NCBI GenBank assembly: GCA_964199315.1 | Contig: OZ116701.1 | Span: 1,860,001-1,924,000, forward strand | Length of the DNA stretch: 64,000 nt | Source of the DNA: Orbicella franksi | Lineage: Eukaryota | Direction: 5' to 3' | In this document: piece after piece, positions 44,301 to 61,417 of the stretch | How the letters are laid out: the number at the start of each line of letters is the position of its first letter | How positions within the stretch are numbered: the stretch's first letter is position 1 | Notes under the pieces: model-generated | The model's database searches: none | What the model saw: only the letters and a program-made list of their open reading frames with translations | Told to the model about the DNA's origin: nothing | Program-made: the position numbers and the translations under genes

Positions 44301-47300
44301 TGTGTTCTCTGCATATTAACAGCGTGAAACAAGGAAATTCTGGGTTTTATGTTACTAGTGGGATCTAGTAGCTATCGCAATTCCTGATAAAATGGGAATA
44401 AATTTTAATTTTAAAATGTTGGTATTCCCAAATCGAAGACGTATTTTGAAGTTGTTGGCATTCTGTCAGACCCATCAAAAAAAGTCGTCAAAACTACATA
44501 TTGTTTCGTTTCGTTTTTGTTTTTGTTTTTATTTTTTACGAGAACTTTCCAAACTTTAAAATCCAATTTAATTCAGCGACACTTAGACTGGTTTCACCTT
44601 TCTTCCTGAAAAGGGAAGTGAAAACGGTTCTTGATCATGACACCGATGAAAGAAGCGGGCGGAAAAGAATTAAAAACCCTCAAAATGTTGCCGCCAGAAT
44701 GAATTAGATTACCTTGGAGAATTCATGTTAACGTAACAATGTTAAGTTTATAAATAGAGGACGTTCTAGCCGGGAAAAAAAACTTTTTTAATAATCACAG
44801 TCTAATGAAAGAGCAAAAGTATTGCATTATTTGCAAGTTTTACTTACCCCATTTGCTCTTTCAAGAGTCTCTAAAGTTGTCGGTTTATCAACGCACATGA
44901 GTTTAGGCTAAAGCAATAGAAAATAATAACATAATATGAAATGTTATAATGCGTGTTTGATTGACTAGAAGTGTTTTTATTCATAAACGTTTCAGTTACT
45001 TTCAAATGAAAACGGTTAGCCATTTTGTCTCTTTCATTTTTACTTACCGGTAATTAAATACTTCAATGCTAATCTGAAAACAGCGAGCCTTCAGATCAAG
45101 TCAAATCATTCTTTTGCCTTGAAACGGCCTTCGATACGCAAAAACGGAATTTGAAAATGGGTTTTGTAAGAGGATAGTTCTTGAAATGCGTCTGTTTCGT
45201 ATTTTAGTGATAGGCCAGTAATTCAAATCCACACAGTGGCTTGCAATTAAAGTATCTAGAGCCGGAGTATTTCCCGTGAAAAAGACACTAGTCCATCATA
45301 ACATCTTTGCTGCTCTCCTGCATTTGTACTTAGTGGAGAGAGGGCCACGAGAAAGGTAGAGGACATCGAGGACCATCGAGACCCAGGCATATATAGTGTA
45401 TTACCACAGACCTTAACACCTGAACGCTGACCAGAATTAAATGTTAGCGTTGCACTCGAAAGGAATTTTCTGATCGCTATATTTAGATATTCAAAATTAA
45501 CGCGTGCAGTTCCAACTCTTTGGTTCATTTCAATAGCAATTGTCACTTTTGTGTGTGTACATGTACATAGAACACGCAAAATATAGTGCAACCAATTACG
45601 AGTCCATTCAAAATTGAACAAATGGACTTAGAGAAAGCAACTCACCGTCGGCCTCGTATCGTCTTCGACTAGTACCGCATCCAATTTTCGCTTCCTGTCT
45701 TTTCTTAACCCCTCAGTTGTCGACATATTTTGTGGAGATCCACATCCGCGCCCCTCTCCTCTCGGGCTGCGGGCAGCTTTCCCCTCTGCACATTTAAATA
45801 AAAGCTGTTTAATGTAGTACCTCATATCAGAACACTTTACCCGACGGAAGACTAGCATTTTTTTTTCAGGGCATCGACATTTACTCCGTTCATAAAAGGG
45901 TTCTCTTGGTTGTGATAGTTACATGAATAAGAATTGACAGCATGCGTTAAAGCGCACATGATTTTTGCCTTGTTGATAAAGCAACGAAACGACCATTCAG
46001 GAATGAAGTTTTTTAATAACGCTGACAAATGATTATGAGAAATGTACCTTTATCCGCAGACGGTTTGCTTTCATACTGCTGTCCCTCGTGTTTGTCTTGC
46101 CTTGTTGGAGACTGTAAGAATAACCCAAAGTTAAAAGTGCGACTTTTATCTCCAAATTAGCATTGGCAATTATATTTACTTTAACAAATTTGCAGATACA
46201 CCTACTGCAACTGTGCAATTACTTTTTCCAGTGTGGCAAATCCGGGAGGAATACGTTAAATATTGAGCGAAATATTCAGTTTTGAGAAACCTTAAATTAA
46301 GCACGTTTTGTCGTAAGAGGTAAAATGTTATGTCCGAGATTTATTTCCATCGGGCAAATTTCTAACTACGAGTCATAAACACAGAAGACAGCAAAATTAC
46401 AGACCTTCCGAGACTAAAATTAAAATTGAAAGAAAAGAAAAACCCAAGATTACAGACCAAGGATAATTCATCTGCGTGCATAGAATCAACTCGATGATTT
46501 AACACACCACCCGTAGTATACAACTTTTTCTCTGTATTGGTTTTTATTTATGTTCGTTTTTTGCGCGTGTACTAATGCTCTGACTTAAGAATACAGATTG
46601 GCGATGAACTTTCGCTCAAATTTTGTAGTTCAAAAAAGAATTCAGCGTAATAAATTTGCATCTAAAGCAGTTGATATATACAAATTCACCGCGCTGTCAA
46701 AATATCCACGCGTACAATTATTTTTAAACCATCAGATAAGGTGTATGGATTTTATCATTTCTTAAGATCAACTAATTCGCAAAGAGATATAAATTCAAAT
46801 CTCCATTTAAAGATCAATTCTCAGAAAATCGAGAAAAAAGTTCGAGTTTGTACAACTGCACTCAAAAAACAAATAAACCCAACTTGCAGGAAAGGAAGAC
46901 TGATCATTAATATACCAACAGCGAAAATTAGAATAGATTAAGATAAAATGGCCAAACTTGACAACAATTTAGCCCGCGGGAGGAATTCTTCACCGTGTGG
47001 ATTTTTACTTAGATCACAGCGTGGCCTTTTTTCTTCCAAAATCTGAGTATTTGCCATTGTCTTCGCATTTGAATCTCTGTGCTCGACTAAGATGACTAAA
47101 GTTATCAATTCTCAAGTCTCAGTGGCGAGCTCTTTCAGATCTGTTTTAATGAAATTCCTAATTTAAGTTCAAATGGGTATCATGACTGAGGTGTTTATTG
47201 TCAGAAGATAATAATAACAATAATAATGATATTAATAATAATCATAAAATCGATTAAACACCAGAATATTTGTCTCTACGGAAATATTCCACTTGCGCAT

Positions 47301-48874
47301 CGCTTGGAAATATCAGTTTACTTTTCATGATTTCAGAATCAATGTTTTGTGTAACTCAGTCACATGATGTCCGATGTTTTTTCCTTGGAGAAATTAACTA
47401 AAAGCATCGTACTTTCTCACTAAAATATTAATTTCAATCTGCAAAACATTCGGAAAATTCGACATGAAACACGACAAAATTCATAGTTACAACATTAACG
47501 TACAAATACTAAACATCGTCGAAAGTAAAGGGGAGTATAATTTTTTTAATTATGAATTTCTTTTTGTTTCGAAAATATTCTGATTCTAGCAAAATATTGT
47601 CTTACGCTGCGTTATAACACGTGTTTCGCAAAACTATAAAAGGAAATAAAAATATCTCTATATACAATAGCTATTGTGGCATAAGCTAATAGTAATACGT
47701 CGGCTATACCTCGGAGATCTTGGCCTTCCTTAGGCTTTGGGGACATGGCAAGAGAAACGATTGAATCATCACTACAAATGCATTATCTTAGCGGTGATCT
47801 GGTTTGATCAATTTATTTTTATATGTATAGTAAAGGCTTCACGGTTATAAGTCGAATTTTCAGTTTCCTCCGAAATTTCAAACTAAATAAAACGTACCAA
47901 CTGAAAAGAAAAACAGACAACCTTTATCTCTTTTGTTCGCGAGAACCAAAAGCAACGACGAAATACCTCAAACTCAAAAGGTTTATCGTTTTTTAAGTCT
48001 TTGAGCTGAAATGAAATTAATTCATCCGCAGAAATACAGCTGTCTTGTAATCTGAAAAATCAAAACTTCTCATTAGGTACGGATTGAAAGTCGGCTTTTT
48101 ACGCATAATTTTTAACTGTGTTATGTTTTGGCAACAAGGAACTGGTATGCAAATATTAACCAGCTTGTATTGATCATTGTGTCTACAAGCAGCACGCATG
48201 TGTAAATAGGCCTTCTGAAACTTGAAGGAAATTTAAAACTACCTTACCTTTGACGAGCTGTTAAAAGTTGTGATCGAAACTTGTCCAGTGATTTGTGTCG
48301 CGGCGACATTTGATGATTGTAGTGTGTTGATGTTGTACTGTAAGGGCTGTTTCATTGTTCTCTGCTGTTCAGTTTTGATAAACTGAATCTCGTCAGATAA
48401 ATGGCTTTTCTGGTTTGGACTGTACGTTTCTTGAATGAGCTCAGATAAACGCGAGCACTTGAAGCGAAATGGATCGCTTTCGGCAGGCGGTACTGCGACA
48501 GTTTGTTTCACTTTTACCTTTACTTTCTCGTCATTTGTCATGCCATCTTGACTACCCTCATTTGAATTTTTGGTATGTTCCTTCTTGTTTACATGTTCAT
48601 TGTCAGTTCCCCGCAAAATCTCTTTTTCGTTCGCTTGGACTCTAAGGTTACCAACTCGCTGCCAGATAGGTAACTTCTGGTTTCTTCGCTCTTCCACCCA
48701 CTTCTGGCGATCCAAGCGTCTCTGCTGCCTCCTTAAATCCCATTCTTGTGACATTTTCAATATATGCAGTTCATTCTTATGTTTTTTGGAACGAATCTCG
48801 ACGTCCTTGCCTCCTCGTCCTTTTGCCGAGCTTTTCACAAGAACTTTTGGGTTCTTTTCCGAAGACTTGTTCAT
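41395..48874 (-). CDS. Low-complexity protein with C-terminal Polyhomeotic/Scm/MBT-type SAM domain (643 aa, 4 exons)
   Basis: Exons 48874-48248, 43539-43461, 43111(or 43108)-42015, 41523-41395; 1932 nt in frame. SAM: KWDARNVADFIAATDCRDKAELFLEE|EIDGKALLSLSPEILMKGMNLKLGPAVKLYNHI. The SAM exons are secure; the link to the first exon rests on phase only. Confidence 0.72.
45646..45726 (-). other. Candidate alternative first exon of the SAM gene
   Basis: ATG 45726, MSTTEGLRKDRKRKLDAVLVEDDTRPT, then a perfect GTGAGT donor in phase 0, compatible with the exon at 43539. Confidence 0.45.
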
Positions 48875-50876
48875 AGTTGAATGGTTTTCTTCGCGAGCGC
48901 AAACTTTTCCTTCGAATCTGTCCCGATAGAATGAAAAGTTAGCAAGAGAAGAATAAATAATCGGACCAGGAATAATACTGTTACTCTTTACGATTCATTT
49001 TTTTTTCTAAAATATGCGCATATCAACTAGGTTACGGAAGAGAATTTTGAATAATTTTCGCATCAAATGACGCCTTGAGCGAACGCACTCTCAATAAGTA
49101 ATATATTCTTCTCCCTAAAATATTCGCGCTAGTAATGATCTTACAGTATGGACGCGGCAAAGCGCAAGTTGAATTGCACCAAATTATAATGTGCGTGGCC
49201 TGCAGCGGATGTTTCCATGCCTCGTGGCAGTAAATTCAGTTAAAAAATTCGCCTTCCAATATTCTTTTTCAGCGAGATCAAGAAAATACTTACAATGATT
49301 TATGGTGCTGGAGTTTTACAATTGGCGCAACTTGTCAGAATGAAGCTTTTTCTGCGCCAAACGTTGAATAATCTCGGTTATGAAAGAGCCTTTGTAAATT
49401 TGATTTCTCCGTTTCCAATGCAATAACAAAACACAAAATGCAAATCAGAAATTACTTTGAAGTGTTGAAATACGAATGACACAATGGCAAGCAGCTGCTT
49501 CATATATGCTAATTTGATTCGCTGTCACGTTTGGCACCTGCCCAGGTTTTTAACCAAATTATAATTCATGGAAAGAAAAGACTTTCAGTGCTCAATGTTT
49601 ACACAAAAAACAACGTCGCATTTGGAATATTCAAACAATCCAGAGCCAAGTCTATGAAATGAGACTGATCTATAGAAAACATACAATGAAAATTAGTCCA
49701 AATATAAATAATTTTATTGGATGTTTTCTAGTTTGTTGATTTAAATCAAGATCTTCTCTCCAATCACTTCCACGCAATTTGCTTCAAGCGCTTATTATCT
49801 GAAACAACAATGAAACAAACTTACAACGCCCCCATATCACCTAATATGCATCTTGGATATGTTTTTCTTTTTCAAGTCTGCGCGTAAAATAAAGTGTTAG
49901 AAAATAGATCTAGGGGCAGCTTGTTCTAAAACGCGTCTTAGCGATCTGCAAATCTGCAGTGAGACAATTCTAGCAAATAATTTTACTCACAAAAAAATCG
50001 CATTATGGGTATTTTAGCCATATTTATTCACGGAATATATGATTGAAACCTTCGCGCATTTACATTTGAATTCAGTGACCTGTATCAATATGAATTTTAG
50101 TGAACCCCGACCGCTCTCTCCTATCTCCTTTTCTTGACTGATATTTTTAAAAGGCTGCTAACCATTCCGGAATAGAAGCAAACGGCATCTAAATTTATCG
50201 ATTTGGTTTTACCTAAGTTTAGCGACCATTTCTAGATTCTGAGTTTTGTCACTACAATAGTTTTTTCTCGACGGGCATGTGTTGGATTCTTGATTTTAAT
50301 CACTAGCAGTAAATGGGTCACTAAAATTCGCTACTTTTTATCTGATCAATAACGAAAACCGATAAACATGGATTAGCAATCTCCCTAACCTGTGAACAGG
50401 CTCCGGCCAATAGGGTCTGACCGCGGCTGGACGGGCCGAGAAGAAACTGGTGGAGAGTGTGGCTACAATCGCTAAGAGACTCAGCCACTTGTTCCCAGGA
50501 TCTTGCTCGGCCTATAGGCTCGTTGAAAGAGAGGTCGCCACTGAGGGACGCTAAAGTCAGATGGTATCTATGTAATTTCAAAAAGCTCTGGTGGAAGAAA
50601 TAAAATCTTTCCTGTAGCACAACCCCTATAGTTAGTTGATTCCTCGTTGAACTGACACAGATACCTGTTCTGGACTTTTTTTGGTCCTCAATCATTGGTG
50701 ACTTTTATCGGTAAACTTACTAGAAATTGCAGTTTATTTAAATTAATATTTTGTTCTCTTCACTCTGCTTCTCCTTTTCTGCTACCAGTACCTTCACATT
50801 GTAAATGTGATCAAATTAAAAGTGACTCGGACTGGCCACAGTAAGACCAGCTTGTAACGCCAGCCGACCCCCGACT

Positions 50877-50988
50877 AGTCTGCGTAGATGGTGGGATTCG
50901 CGAGGGAGTGATTTTTGGTGGCAGAGCCACGGCTTTGCAGGCAAAACAAAAGCACTCGCGCGCGATTTCCCGCCAGCTACGCAGGCTA
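50877..50988. mobile_element. Short MITE with TAGCCTGCGTAG-type ends
   Basis: TAGTCTGCGTAG ... CTACGCAGGCTA inverted ends. Confidence 0.55.
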
Positions 50989-51900
50989 ACTTCCGACTTA
51001 CGAGGATCACTGCGAGCTCACAGATGTCTCGGGAAAAAAGAAAACTTATAACTACACTCATCCACTAGATCAAAACAAACAAGAGCAAATAAAAGCTGAA
51101 ACTTTGTGAACTGAGATCACCATCAGCACTGGGCACAATAAACAAACTTTATAAACTTTATAAAGCTGCATAGCTGATCTGGCCTGCCACAGCAAGCCCT
51201 CGGTACAGTTTTTCAGAGACGCTCGTCTGTCTTTGCTGATCAAACAGCGGAGAATTGCATTTAGCCCAATATTTCGGTTTGATAGACAAAGTTGACCTCC
51301 GTAGCTTTTCTAAGCCCCTGATGAAGGTTAGTTCGTGAGAGGTGCGCAGGCTCCTTTCATGGACAGTGGCTGGTATTCAAAGCGGAAAACCCGCCTTGTG
51401 TGACGTCATTTGCTCAACTGACGTCAATACGAACCGAGCCATTTTGGGCAATTATTTTAAAACACACATCCAGACACTTTATTAAGACCAGAGAGAAGTA
51501 AAAATTGTTGGCTGGAGCATAACGAAAACGTTGACATTCTGCTTGAAGCAAAGTAAATGAGCATGTATGGAAATTAGAAAAAAAGTGGTCACACGAAGAT
51601 TACGCAGCGAAACTAATTATAAAATCTCTTACACAAAAGGGGACTGAGGAATGCAATGGACATATCGGAACTTGTCTTCAAAGGAATGTAGAATTATTTC
51701 TTTTTTGTTCCGCGTGTCAACAAAGAATGAATACCGACAGGCATGTCAATCAAAGACGGGTGTGACATACAAAGCTATTAATGTCGAAACCATGGAGTCA
51801 CAAACATCAACATGTAAATCACGCGAGATCACTCACGCATCGCTACATACCGAAGGATCGTGTTTCTAAGGAAGTCATCTTGTCTGGTGTTAGTTTCGCC

Positions 51901-56858
<4,958 letters not shown>

Positions 56859-57017
56859 AGCGTCATTCGGCTTCATTCATCTGACGAACATCCTAGGTGT
56901 AATCTATGGTTGTGAATCCGTAAGCCATACGCATCGCATAAAACAGGAGAAATAGGGAAATTAAAGGAAACCACGACGGCAACGCTAATATAGAATGTCA
57001 CAGAACAAAAGGCCTAA

Positions 57018-57253
57018 GGGATGGACCATTTCACTTTTGAGGGGCGGAAGTGGGTCTTTTTAAAACAAATATCCTGCAGCCATACTTGTACCAAAAAATT
57101 CATGCACACGATCACTGCCGAAAAAAATTTACGCACGTTAAGTTAGCCGAAAGAAAGCGCATGTTAAACGGAGAAAAAAATATCATACGTACACACGTCT
57201 CGCCCCTGTACTAACTAACCCACACACCACTTAAAGGTCAAATCGTCCACCTC
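57018..57253. mobile_element. Harbinger-like MITE nested in another repeat (~56951-57550)
   Basis: TAA on both sides (57015-17, 57254-56); TIR GGGATGGACCATT versus GAGGTGGACGATT (10/13). Confidence 0.6.
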
Positions 57254-60085
57254 TAATGAGCAGTAACACGTGCGTTTTGATTCTTGTTACATTTCTTAGC
57301 CGTTATCCGCTAAACAAACTTGAAATAACAAAGTTATGCGTATTTTAAAGCAGGTGAACCGCCACGCCTAATTTGTCGTATTTTCTTTTGCAACTGAACT
57401 CTGTCATTACATAAGTAAACTGAGCAACTTTTTAGACTGATAGACGAACTGAACAGATCTTCACAATTGAATTATTCAAAGGTCATTTTTTTTGACTTGG
57501 TGTTGTCCCCAGAGTCACCGTCGTCACTGCTTTAATTCTTAATTTCGACTTCTTTGCGTGGTACTGAACTTCTCAAGTGAGGCGTGGGGAAGAGGGATGA
57601 TTTCGTACCAGCTGTGAGTTTACCCAAGTTGAGACGATGAAACAAACACTGGCATTTTGGGACATTACCCCCAGAATTAAGATGCGTTTGTTCTCCGGCT
57701 GTGCCGGAGAATAAACTGTACTAGGATATTTATTTTAATTGTCTTTTGCTTGTACTTTTTACTCTGAAAGTATACCTATGTCGATGGTACTAAAACCCTC
57801 AAAATAATCAAGTTTTACCCGAACGTTCGAGTTTTAATTCGAAAACTCGATATTTATTTACCTAATTTATAGATTTTAGAGAGCTTGAAATATTGAAGCA
57901 ATGGACTTGTAGTAAAGTTTAGACTTTTTAATTTATTATTACGACTGTAAATAATCTTGTTTATCATTTAACCCCACTTTCGCTGCATGCGTGTAAAGTG
58001 TAGTTCAATATTCAGTACACGGTGATCGAAAATCAGTCATACCTGTAAAATAAACTTACTGTGAAAGGACCTGTTGCAAGTATTCACAAATGGTGTCTTT
58101 AGAATCCACTCACTGTCATTGAACAAGGGGTTTGGGCAAACTTTACCGATTATGACTTCACCGATAACGTCGTTGACAAGCCGAAAGTATAGCAAATCGA
58201 AGACTTTGACTTGGCGGGAAACGCAATTTGGTTAATTTCACAACTGACTTTGCCAAACTACAACGTAAACTGACTGAACAAATGTGCAAAGAATCAAGGA
58301 GGACGGAAACCGCGACGGGGGATTTTTCTAATTTGTTAGTTCCTTATTGTAATTTTTTGTCGTTCCAGGCTATCTACATAGAATAGTTCTGCATCACTGG
58401 GCAAAATGAGTGGAGGAGATTTTCTGACGAATCATCTGCATACAGTTTACCGAGCAAAGAGTGCGCAAGAGTTAACATTATCTACGTTCCGAGCAAATGT
58501 CTGAAAACTTCTTTCACTTTGTTGAGCATCATCCTGAAAAAAATTCATTAAGATGGCACCTGATATAACTGTGATCAGCTTTCGGATATTTCTTTTCCTC
58601 GAGTGAATTAAATGTCCGTACACAATCGGGAGGAGGACTGGGTTTGACAGAGGTGAGGACTTCCCATCAGAATATGCGGTAAACTAGGTGATTGCGCGCC
58701 AAAATTACACGAATCCTGCTTTTTGGTCCCATGACCAGAGGAACAATGAATTAATTCTTCATTAGATTGCAATCAGTGCACAAATTGGGAAAGCATCACA
58801 ATTTTTCTTCCTTTTCCGGGTAATAGAGCTAAATATTCTAGTGTAAGCCAGCTAACAGGTCAGTACGGCTTTCTCCCGTGACAGGTTCGGAGGTTAGTCG
58901 AGTTTGTGACAATTTAACATAACCAATATCTACACCGGCTTTTAAAAACATCTGCCTATCAAAAATCGAGTTTATGAGACATTACCGAGGTTCTCATGCG
59001 GCGATAATATTTAAAAAAACAACGGTGAAAACTAGTCAAATCTTGGATAACCCGTAAAAACAACACAAAACCAGAGATAAATCGGTTTATTGTTCCGAAT
59101 CCAGCGCAATTGTCCACGACAGAGTCAGTTTATGAAAAACGAATATATTGTAATTTATTATGAATATAATGATTTTTTTCCAACATTTGCATGCACCTGT
59201 TTGTAAATTGCAATAACATAAAACGTTATACCGAAGTCAATACAACATTTTTTTCAGTTATTTCTGTGTATTCTTCCAAAGCTTTAATTACTACTTCGGT
59301 GCAAAACGGTAAATGTTCAAAAGAATACAGTAATCAAGTTTTAATATTACAAAAACCCATAGTTTAATCCTCATTTGTTTTTTCGCTGGATTTTGGAAAC
59401 TTAACAACTTGCAACTGCAATGGAAACAGATCGAAAGGCTTTTTAAGAATATAGTGAAAAGTGGATCTAAATACGGAAATACTAATTAAAAGGGAGTGTT
59501 TGCATTGCCTCTTACGAAGAACTTGTCTTCATCTTGTTAAAAATTCTGTTGTCGACACTTCTGTTTTCACTGGTGTTTCTTTCATTGTTTCCTTTCATTT
59601 CAGCATCATAACAACAGAATGCGTTAATATGTCTTTACACCAAGATATTATTGTTTTTAATCGCTTCAGTGAGATACAACTGTTTCCAAGAAACTGTTAC
59701 AATTAATCGGTCATTTTCAGTGTATATATTTTTCTCAAAGTCAACTCACATAGCGTTTTCGCGTTATCGTCTCTGTGTCATATTAGTCAAGGACAACGCG
59801 GGCGACTTTATTTTGGATTCTAAAAATGCTAAATACAAACAACACAATAAATAATTCACAGCATTGAGGAAATATGGTACAGAATTGCAATCATTAATGA
59901 GAGCGGATCAGTTGTCAGATCACTTCAGCGGAACCGCGCGTCTTTATGGTGGGAGGCGGAGCGCTTTTAAAGAGTTTATCCCAAACGACGCCATCCGTGA
60001 ATTTCTCGCGAATTTAAAAGCGTTGTTTGGTGTAACTGTTCAGAAATCGAGATGTGGCTTTAGATAGTAAGCCTGCGCTACTGAT

Positions 60086-61417
60086 ATGCTAACATATATA
60101 AACAAGCTCACCGCGACATCGGAGCCCTACTCTAGAGATATGAAATCTGCCCTCCGAGCTACGAATGAATTGAAGGTAGGACCCAAGTTATACACTAAAA
60201 ACTACAACCGCCGCGCCAGTTGTCCTGAAGTTGGGCTAAGCTCTCTGCGAGTAACTCAACATCCAGAGGAGAGAAGACTACTTAGCGCTCGGGTGAAGAT
60301 CAACATAAGTGGGAAAATGTACGAAACACTGTACTCCACATTAGCGCGGTTTCCGAACACCCTTCTAGGAAATCCCGCAAAAAGGAAGAAGTACTTCGAC
60401 AAAGAGCGACAGGAATATTTCTTTAATCGGAATCGAAATGCGTTTGACACAATTCTTTTTTATTATCAATCGAATGGTCTCCTCACCAGACCGAACAACG
60501 TCAGGTTGCAAGAATTCTGCGATGAACTGAAATTTTTTCAAATTGAGGAAGAAACTCTCACCGAATTCATGAGAGATGAGGGTGCCATTGAAGACGATGA
60601 CGACGAACCAGTTGTTCTGCCAACAAACGTGGTTTTAGCGAAAATCTGGCTTTGGTTCGAATACCCCAAGTGTTCAAAAGTTGCCAAACTTGTTGCGACT
60701 TTTTCTGTCACTTTTATCGCCATTTCAATCTACGTCCTGTGTGCTGAGACAATAGATCACGACAAAACTGCCGCAGATTCCGAAACCAGTCAATACGGAG
60801 ATGACGGACTGGCTCAATTTAACAACGTACTGGAGTTAATTTGTGTTGCTTGGTTCACCTTAGAATTCTTCCTGCGGTTAGTTTCGTGTCCGAACAAGCT
60901 AAAATTCATACTTGACATCCTCAACTTGATTGACCTGGCCGCTATTGTGCCGTATTATTTCGAACTGGCCCTAGACCGCGACTTTGACGCGAAAGAAATC
61001 GTTGACGGGTTTCGATTGTTGAGAGTTTCTAGACTGTTCAAACTGGCCAGACACCTTGATGAACTCAAAGTCCTCGTCAAAACCGTTCGTTCGACGTGGC
61101 GAGAGCTCTGTATGATTCTATTTTTCATTCTTATAACCACTGCAATCTTTTCTGGGTGGACCTTTTACGTTGAATACGAAGCTCAGAAGGATTCATTTTC
61201 GAGTATTCCTGCCTCAGCTTGGTTTGTTATAGTATCGTTGACAAATGTCGGTTATGGAGACATGGTTCCTGTTACCATAATGGGAAAGGTTTTAGGAGCT
61301 CTCTCCACTTTAGCAGGTGTTTTAGTGATTGCATTACCAAGTCCTGTTATCGTGACGAAATTTCGTTTATATTATGAAAAGAAAAAAAGGAAAAACCTTT
61401 CAAATTATAAATTTTAG
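60086..61417 (+). CDS. Intronless Shaker (Kv1)-family voltage-gated K+ channel subunit, probably regulatory type (443 aa)
   Basis: Shaker-type T1 (RVKINISG..ETLYSTLARFPNTLLG..EYFFNRNR..FDTILFYYQS), S1-S6, S4 FRLLRVSRLFKLARH, pore TNVGYGDM, S6 ALPSPVIV. The true start could be the second Met. Confidence 0.93.
   Translation: MLTYINKLTATSEPYSRDMKSALRATNELKVGPKLYTKNYNRRASCPEVGLSSLRVTQHPEERRLLSARVKINISGKMYETLYSTLARFPNTLLGNPAKRKKYFDKERQEYFFNRNRNAFDTILFYYQSNGLLTRPNNVRLQEFCDELKFFQIEEETLTEFMRDEGAIEDDDDEPVVLPTNVVLAKIWLWFEYPKCSKVAKLVATFSVTFIAISIYVLCAETIDHDKTAADSETSQYGDDGLAQFNNVLELICVAWFTLEFFLRLVSCPNKLKFILDILNLIDLAAIVPYYFELALDRDFDAKEIVDGFRLLRVSRLFKLARHLDELKVLVKTVRSTWRELCMILFFILITTAIFSGWTFYVEYEAQKDSFSSIPASAWFVIVSLTNVGYGDMVPVTIMGKVLGALSTLAGVLVIALPSPVIVTKFRLYYEKKKRKNLSNYKF

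Noticed and set aside
49148-49233. PHD-like peptide IMCVACSGCFHASW on the plus strand
   Set aside because: Too short, ends in a stop, and has no supporting exons.
50321-50695. 124-aa minus-strand ORF with internal splice-like sites as upstream SAM-gene exons
   Set aside because: No domain was recognised and I could not link it in phase to the acceptor near 48917; unresolved without RNA data.
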